NCBI GenBank assembly: GCA_027491435.1
Contig: JAOZFG010000009.1
Coordinates: 1 to 33,708, forward strand
DNA from: Thermoproteota archaeon
GTDB lineage: Archaea > Korarchaeota > Korarchaeia > Korarchaeales > Korarchaeaceae
DNA: 33,708 bases
Reading direction: 5' to 3'
In this document: positions 28,285 through 33,708 of the stretch, in pieces
Layout of the letters: each line of letters begins with the position of its first letter
Position numbering within the stretch: the stretch's first letter is position 1
The notes under the pieces: generated by a model
Told to the model about the DNA's origin: nothing
The model's database searches: none
Seen by the model: only the letters and a program-made list of their open reading frames with translations
Position numbers and translations under genes: made by a program

Positions 28285-28770
28285 ATGACCATTGGCAGGT
28301 TTCAAGTGATGGCCCTGCTACAGGCGGCCAGGTACTACCTGTTGAAGGGGGATCTGGAGAGGGCTAAATCGTTCGGTTTAAACAGGGCCATATTTTATGC
28401 CTGGGCCAAAAGGACCGGTGGTAGGAGGCATAGGTCAGCGGGAGCTAGCCACTACTCTAGGGTGCCCTCTAAAAGCGAGAGGGTTGAAAGTCTGGGGGAT
28501 GAGAGGGCGTACGTGTCGCCAACAGGCCTCTTCGTGATAGGAGATCAGGTGCAGAGGCCTCAAGACTACGACAGGCAGGTTGTCAGGAGGATAGAAAAGT
28601 ACGTTCCATATGAGGTGGCTTGGGAGGCCGCCCTGAAGTACTTGTCAACCTTCCCCAAGTCCGTGCTGCTCAGTCAGAGGGAGTTTTATGAGAAGGTGTA
28701 CAAACCGGTTAGGGACAACTTCGAAGAGGTGATAAGGAGGTACTCCAGGCAATCGAGCCTCCCTAGTTAA
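28285..28770 (+). CDS. Conserved archaeal hypothetical protein
   Basis: GRFQVMALLQAAR...AKSFGLNRAIFYAWAK motif recalled from thermophilic archaea; RBS present. Confidence 0.8.
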   Translation: MTIGRFQVMALLQAARYYLLKGDLERAKSFGLNRAIFYAWAKRTGGRRHRSAGASHYSRVPSKSERVESLGDERAYVSPTGLFVIGDQVQRPQDYDRQVVRRIEKYVPYEVAWEAALKYLSTFPKSVLLSQREFYEKVYKPVRDNFEEVIRRYSRQSSLPS

Positions 28771-28809
28771 AGAATTTATTATGTACGGGTACCAGCTCAG
28801 GGGGTCGCT

Positions 28810-29061
28810 ATGAAGGTTAGGAAGAGGGACGGAAGTGAGGAGGACTTCAACCCGGTTAAGATAGTGGCTGCAGTAGTTAGGGCTGGAGCTAGCGTGGAGT
28901 TGGCTGATAAGATCTCCAAGGAGGTAGAGGAGAAGTTCAAGGGGGTTGAAACTGTTAACAGCTCTGAGATAAGGGAGTTCGTGCTAACCAGGTTGAAGGA
29001 GAGTGAGCCTTCAGCCTATGAGAGCTGGCTTAGGTACGATAAAAATGTCAAGGGGATCTGA
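28810..29061 (+). CDS. Stand-alone ATP-cone domain protein
   Basis: MKVRKRDG.EEDF...KI and SSEIRE.V motifs. Confidence 0.9.
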   Translation: MKVRKRDGSEEDFNPVKIVAAVVRAGASVELADKISKEVEEKFKGVETVNSSEIREFVLTRLKESEPSAYESWLRYDKNVKGI

Positions 29062-29828
29062 TGCTAGATGATCTGGTAAAGCTCGCCCTTCGGATCAGGG
29101 AGAAGGCCTTATCCTATGTAGGGATGGACTCTGAGGAGGAGAGACGGAGCTTCGGGGGGGACACTGTAAGGGCTGTCGACGAAGCTGCTGAAGAGGTCCT
29201 GAGCTCCTGGGTTAGAGGGGGTAAGAGGCCCACCGTAATAAGCGAGGAATCTGGGGTCTTGAAGGGGGAGCTTCCGGGCTTCATCATAGTGGATCCTGTA
29301 GATGGAAGCGTCAACGCGGATAGGGGCATACCTTTCGCGTCGGTTTCAATAGCCTACACGTTGGATGGCAGGCTCTCGGGGATGAAATATGGGGTCATCT
29401 TAGACATCTTCAGCGGAGACCTTTACGTGGCTGAGGAAGGGGGCGCTAGGTATAACGGAAAGAGAATCAGGGTAAGGAGATTTAGAGGAACCCCTCTTAT
29501 ATACTCCCCCTGCGAAGGAAGATTTGTAAGCATAAAAGAGCTACTTAAGGTTAACAAAGTGGCTAGAAGAGATTTCGGCTCGGTGGCCTTGGGGCTGGCC
29601 CTCGTGTCTAGAGGAGTCATGGATGGAGTAATTGACCTAAGGGGCGAGTTGAGGGGGGTGGACATAGCTGCAGGCCTTTACATGGTTAAGAAGGCAGGAG
29701 GTAGGGTGGCCATGAACTCAGATGAACTAGTTAAGCGGGCCTTTGACAGGTCCATATCTTTAGTGGCGTTATCTCCAGAGATATTCAGCAGGTTGGACCT
29801 GAGAAGCCTAGGTCTAAATGAAGTTTAA
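29061..29828 (+). CDS. suhB: Inositol monophosphatase/FBPase family protein
   Basis: ISEESG, VDPVDGS.N and DIAAG motifs. Confidence 0.88.
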   Translation: MLDDLVKLALRIREKALSYVGMDSEEERRSFGGDTVRAVDEAAEEVLSSWVRGGKRPTVISEESGVLKGELPGFIIVDPVDGSVNADRGIPFASVSIAYTLDGRLSGMKYGVILDIFSGDLYVAEEGGARYNGKRIRVRRFRGTPLIYSPCEGRFVSIKELLKVNKVARRDFGSVALGLALVSRGVMDGVIDLRGELRGVDIAAGLYMVKKAGGRVAMNSDELVKRAFDRSISLVALSPEIFSRLDLRSLGLNEV

Positions 29829-29840
29829 ACAGAGAGTTTA

Positions 29841-29913
29841 AGCCCCGGGGGGGCTTCGAACCCCCGACCTGCCGCTTACAAGGCGGCCGCTCTGCCAGCT
29901 GAGCTACCGGGGC
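29841..29913 (-). tRNA. tRNA-Thr (TGT), no intron, no encoded CCA
   Basis: GCCCCGG/CCGGGGC acceptor stem, TAGCTCAGCTGG D arm, GCCGC-CTTGTAA-GCGGC anticodon arm, GGTTCGAA T arm. Confidence 0.97.
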
Positions 29914-30224
29914 CAGCTATCCTAGAAGTCTACAAAAATAAATGTTACTAAAGGTGTAGGCATGGGGCCCTTGAGACAGGATTAGACTTGGCAGCCTACA
30001 GATATTATCATTATGTCTCTGGCCCCTATTCAAAGATAAATACTATAAAGTTTCCATATATCCCCGATTAACGCTAAATATTAAAGGATCATGTCAACTT
30101 TAATGGCGTCACTAAAGCTTGTAGTTATATTAAGCTGAGAGCTTTCTAGAACTTAAGATATGGGCGCGATGTTAGCAACTAGACCTGTTCAGCGGGAAGG
30201 AGAGCGCTTGACTTCAATTTTTAA

Positions 30225-30704
30225 ATGAGTAGAGTGGAGATTCCATGGGGTCATGGCTCTATGGAAAGAGAGGAAGTCCTGATTAAGTTAATCAGCGCTT
30301 TAGAGAAGACTCTATGGAAGGTTTTAGGGGATAAAGCAATAGTCACAGCCTCTGTAATAGGAGAGAGCTTCTATGATTCCTTGGTCAAAAAGGGCTTAAT
30401 GGAGATGGAAGAGGGGCCTGCCTTAGAGGTTATCTCTAAGTTCCTCACAGAAGACCTAAAAGTAGCTGAGTCTGTATCGATAAGAAGGGATGGAAAGGAA
30501 ATAAACATGGAGGTTAAGGGGTGTATCCTACTGAAGGCTGAAGAAGAGCTTATCAAGGAGGGAGTGAAGCCCTTCATTTGTCCCTTTATGAACCTAACTG
30601 CCTACGTCATGAGGAAGAGGGACAAAACCCTCACAAGAATTAAAGATATAGACGTAAATCTCGATCAAAGAGTCTGCCATCTTAAGTTTGAAGAGTTTTC
30701 TTGA
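30225..30704 (+). CDS. V4R/methanogen-output-domain-like small ligand-binding protein
   Basis: IG helix followed by V.GC.L, CPF and a terminal C.L.F pattern. Confidence 0.65.
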   Translation: MSRVEIPWGHGSMEREEVLIKLISALEKTLWKVLGDKAIVTASVIGESFYDSLVKKGLMEMEEGPALEVISKFLTEDLKVAESVSIRRDGKEINMEVKGCILLKAEEELIKEGVKPFICPFMNLTAYVMRKRDKTLTRIKDIDVNLDQRVCHLKFEEFS

Positions 30705-31248
30705 GCTCTATCTTAACTAATTTCTTTATAAGAGTCCTAGGAACCCCCTTACTTATGCTCAGCCCTTCTATGGTGGATTCGTGATAAGCGTTGGCTAAGG
30801 TAGCCATTATCCACCACATTACCTTGTTGAGGGACGTGAATAGGTCTTCCTGGGATATCCTCTTCTGATATTCAATTAATATAAGGCCGACCGTTGGCAT
30901 GAGCATCCATAGGGGAGTGCCTAGTTTTAGGTGAATTGCTCCTGACCTAAGTATGGCCTTCAAGGAGGACTCAAAATCGAAGATCATACCTATTATCATG
31001 CCCATGTACCTAGGCAAGGCCTCCTCTGGGACCACAGAAGTTACTGCCTCCCTGAACCTGTCATTAGATAAGAGGGCCCTTGAAACCTCCCTTGAGACTT
31101 CATCCTTGTAAGCTTTTATTAGCTCCTCAGCTTCTTTCACCCTCTTAAGGTCATCATCGCTTATTCCGAGTATTTCCTTATAAAGTAATGCTTGTTCATA
31201 TAAGAATTGTTTAAAGGATTTATTATTAACCCCGGAACTTGATGACAT
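30682..31248 (-). CDS. Protoglobin/sensor-globin-like protein
   Basis: LGISDDDL N-terminal motif, GAIHLKLG.P proximal His motif, L.K........AY helix H. Confidence 0.75.
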   Translation of the reverse strand: MSSSSGVNNKSFKQFLYEQALLYKEILGISDDDLKRVKEAEELIKAYKDEVSREVSRALLSNDRFREAVTSVVPEEALPRYMGMIIGMIFDFESSLKAILRSGAIHLKLGTPLWMLMPTVGLILIEYQKRISQEDLFTSLNKVMWWIMATLANAYHESTIEGLSISKGVPRTLIKKLVKIELKKTLQT

Positions 31249-31297
31249 ATCATTGTGTCACAAATAATACTTAAAAAGATTTCTGGATTAAGGAGTT

Positions 31298-32107
31298 ATG
31301 TCCATGAGTGGTAAGGTTTACCTAGGGTTGGCCGCTTTCCTCTGGGGAACTCTAGGCCTAGCTGCAAGCATAGCCATGAGAGAGGGCATGAGCCCTGAGT
31401 CCATAAGTTTCTTCAGGGCTTTCATAGGTTCGTTAGTCGGGATCCCGTTGGTGGGCAAGAAGTTCTTAGATAGAAAGCTTATCCTGTTGGGATTGGCGTT
31501 TACCGGGCCTCTCTACCTGAGCTACGTCTACAGCGTCAGGTACTCTGGGATAGGGGTGGCCGCTGCCCTACTCTACTTGGCCCCTTCGATAGTAGTGCTG
31601 CTCTCCCCCAAGCTCTTGGGGGAGAGGATAACTCCTAGGAAGGGGCTGGCCGTATCCCTAGCCACTATAGGGGCGGTGATCACCCAAGTGAGGGGAGGGG
31701 AGTTCAGTCCCAACCCTGTTGGAATTGCCTTCGGCCTTATTACCGCCTTCTCCTATGCTGGAATAATAATGTACGTCAGAAAGTTAGTTTCCACGGGCTA
31801 TGAGCCCATACACGTGGGGATAGCCCCTCAGCTATGGGCCTCCCTCGAGCTACTTCCTTTCTCGTTCAGGGGGGAGATCACCCTAGCTGGGTTAGGAGCC
31901 GTCCTTTACTTGGGAGTCTTCACAGCAGCCTTAGCTTACGTCCTTCAAGCTAAAGGGCTGGAGTTAATGGATGCAGGAAGCGCCAGCGTGATGTCCACCT
32001 TGGAGCCCCTTGTAGCTCTCATTATAGGGCTGTTGATCGGGGAGGACGTGGGACTAGGGGGGATTCTGGGATCCCTCATGATAATATTGGCGTCAGCTAT
32101 CATTTAG
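31298..32107 (+). CDS. EamA/DMT transporter
   Basis: LWG, FFR, LLYLAP, LLGER and TLEP motifs; about ten TM segments. Confidence 0.92.
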   Translation: MSMSGKVYLGLAAFLWGTLGLAASIAMREGMSPESISFFRAFIGSLVGIPLVGKKFLDRKLILLGLAFTGPLYLSYVYSVRYSGIGVAAALLYLAPSIVVLLSPKLLGERITPRKGLAVSLATIGAVITQVRGGEFSPNPVGIAFGLITAFSYAGIIMYVRKLVSTGYEPIHVGIAPQLWASLELLPFSFRGEITLAGLGAVLYLGVFTAALAYVLQAKGLELMDAGSASVMSTLEPLVALIIGLLIGEDVGLGGILGSLMIILASAII

Positions 32108-33187
32108 GCTGTAAAGTGCCACTTTTCTTCTTCCCCTCATGACGTGCCTTACCCTAACTTTGCGCTCCGACACTAGCCTGTTCAAAGCCAGATACACCCC
32201 TTGCAGGGTTGCCCCCTTGAGCTCCTTCCATATCTGGTAGGCGGTCTTTTCCCCCTCGGATAGGGACTTAATTACCTCCTCTTGCAGGTGGCTAGATTTC
32301 TCCCTTAATTTGGGAACCTTCCTCATCCCTGTTGCGGTTAGGACTGCCACGTACCCAGTTGACTTGGAGACGTGATACGCCATGGCCGACACCGGCTTTA
32401 CCACTACTCCGACCCTGGATAAGGAGAGAAGGGCATACAAGGCGTCTCTAGCCTTAACCCTGACCACCTTAGCCCCTAGCCCTTCCACGAAGTCCAGCAT
32501 GGGGTGGTTAGCCTCCTCGTGGGCAGCCAACACCACTTGAGGTGAGTTAAGGAGGCCCAGTTCCTCGAGCTCCTGAAATCCCCTAACTACGCTGTAACCC
32601 AGGAACCCGGTCTCCGCTGGCAGCACTACTCCCCTAGGACTTAACTGCTCGTACAGCTCATATGCCAATGTTTTAAATCCTTCCAGCATTAAAGGGTTAT
32701 GATATGAGAGAGATGGATCAATTTTATCAAAAGTTATGTCAACTCCTGTGTTCGCTAAGTAAAGCAGCTCCGTCAGGTCCACGTCTTCAGGATCGACGCT
32801 CACCCTTACTCTAGAGCCTAAGGCCAGGAGGTACTCCGAGATAGAGAGAGTCAGGTCCTTCTCAAACCTGAGGCTAACTTCGGAAGGCCTAAGAACGTTT
32901 GCCAGTACAGCTGAGCCCCTGTCAGCGTAAGATCCAGTGGGATTCCTCGTCTCATCTTTGACCTGAACTCCAAGGACCTTTCTGACTGGAGTTACCCCCT
33001 CTCCCAGGCTTACCCCCTTATCTCCGGGCAACATCCCCCTGTAACGCCATATGCTGGCCTCCTTCTCATCGACCTCCCACCTCTTATCCAGCATGAGCTC
33101 CGTGTAGAAGCCACATCGGGGGCACCTATCCTTAAGCCCGGAGAACTCAGCCCCGCACTTGATGCACCTGACCCTCAGCTCGGGCAC
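32093..33187 (-). CDS. Threonine-synthase-like PLP-fold protein, catalytic Lys absent, with N-terminal Zn ribbon and C-terminal wHTH
   Basis: CxxC..CxxC, SIWRY, SLGEG.TP, NPTGSYADR and EG.KTLAYE motifs; tail KTAYQIW...TLQGVY.AL..L. Confidence 0.85.
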   Translation of the reverse strand: MPELRVRCIKCGAEFSGLKDRCPRCGFYTELMLDKRWEVDEKEASIWRYRGMLPGDKGVSLGEGVTPVRKVLGVQVKDETRNPTGSYADRGSAVLANVLRPSEVSLRFEKDLTLSISEYLLALGSRVRVSVDPEDVDLTELLYLANTGVDITFDKIDPSLSYHNPLMLEGFKTLAYELYEQLSPRGVVLPAETGFLGYSVVRGFQELEELGLLNSPQVVLAAHEEANHPMLDFVEGLGAKVVRVKARDALYALLSLSRVGVVVKPVSAMAYHVSKSTGYVAVLTATGMRKVPKLREKSSHLQEEVIKSLSEGEKTAYQIWKELKGATLQGVYLALNRLVSERKVRVRHVMRGRRKVALYSLNDS

Positions 33188-33708
33188 CTTCCCTTCCTCT
33201 AAGCCTCTTGGTCTCCTCCCAGTCTAACTCGTACCCGCCGTCCTTAACCTTCACCTTGACCCTATAGTACTTAAGGGCAGACTCCGGCGAGACTTTTCCG
33301 TCCATCACATCCTCTAAAACTAGCTTCGGATCCCTGTTTGCGGGATTTCCGTATCCCCCGCCTCCCGGGGTGTTTATGCTCACAACGTCCCCCTTCCTCA
33401 GCTCCACCGTGTCCTTAGCTGAAAGCCTGATCACAGAGCCGTCTGACCTTACGACTAGATGCTCTCCACTCGCCCCTTCCATTCCCCCTCTAAGGCCCCA
33501 GGGCCTGAGCTTGACCCTCTCACAGGCTATTGACAGGGTAGCCCTCTCCGACAAGACCTTGAACTTCCTGGTTATGCCCAGACCTCCTCTGTATTGACCT
33601 GGACCCCCTGAGTCCTCCCTCAGGCTGTACTCCACGATGAGTTTGGGATACTCGCGCTCTATTACCTCTATAGGGGTGTTCATCGTGTTTGTCATATGGG
33701 TGTGAACG
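33147..33708 (-). CDS. Hydantoinase B/oxoprolinase family protein, C-terminal part (runs off the window)
   Basis: HTHMTNT.NTPIE, DSGG.G.YRGG and TPGGGGYG.P motifs. Confidence 0.93.
   Translation of the reverse strand, partial: VHTHMTNTMNTPIEVIEREYPKLIVEYSLREDSGGPGQYRGGLGITRKFKVLSERATLSIACERVKLRPWGLRGGMEGASGEHLVVRSDGSVIRLSAKDTVELRKGDVVSINTPGGGGYGNPANRDPKLVLEDVMDGKVSPESALKYYRVKVKVKDGGYELDWEETKRLRGREGARAEGQVHQVRG

Noticed and set aside
29841-29913. tRNA as attachment site of an integrated element
   Set aside because: No integrase and no duplicated tRNA fragment in the window.

Overview
Archaeal chromosomal segment. AGG/ATA-rich codons, GGTGA/GGAGG ribosome sites, TATA-type leaderless starts, a CCA-less tRNA and the gene content suggest a thermophilic TACK archaeon, possibly Korarchaeota (inference only). 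Contents from left to right: a dppBCDF peptide ABC operon whose dppB is 5'-truncated; small membrane/redox genes (DUF4405, DsbB-like); an orphan APE2256/Crn1-type CARF protein with C-terminal hydrophobic helices; an ABC-2 exporter plus GT4 glycosyltransferase; a candidate K-turn structured RNA; a membrane-anchored protein with a CdvA-like coiled coil; M29 peptidase and DtxR-FeoA regulator; a VapBC toxin-antitoxin pair inside a patch of decayed IS; GNAT and Ldh_2; two tandem Ahb/NirJ-like radical SAM genes; a DUF2341 surface protein; a Hef-like helicase; a pseudogenised nucleotidyltransferase pair; DUF554; ClC-CBS; a Tat metallophosphoesterase; ATP-cone; IMPase; tRNA-Thr(TGT); a V4R/MetOD1-like gene convergent with a protoglobin-like gene; EamA; a threonine-synthase-like wHTH fusion lacking the PLP lysine; and a partial hydantoinase B. 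Most long ORF-free gaps carry remnants of IS6-like elements. Best novelty candidates are the membrane-anchored CARF protein, the transmembrane CdvA-like protein, the dead ThrC-wHTH fusion and the structured RNA at about 10.5 kb. All family calls come from motif recognition by eye; no searches were run.
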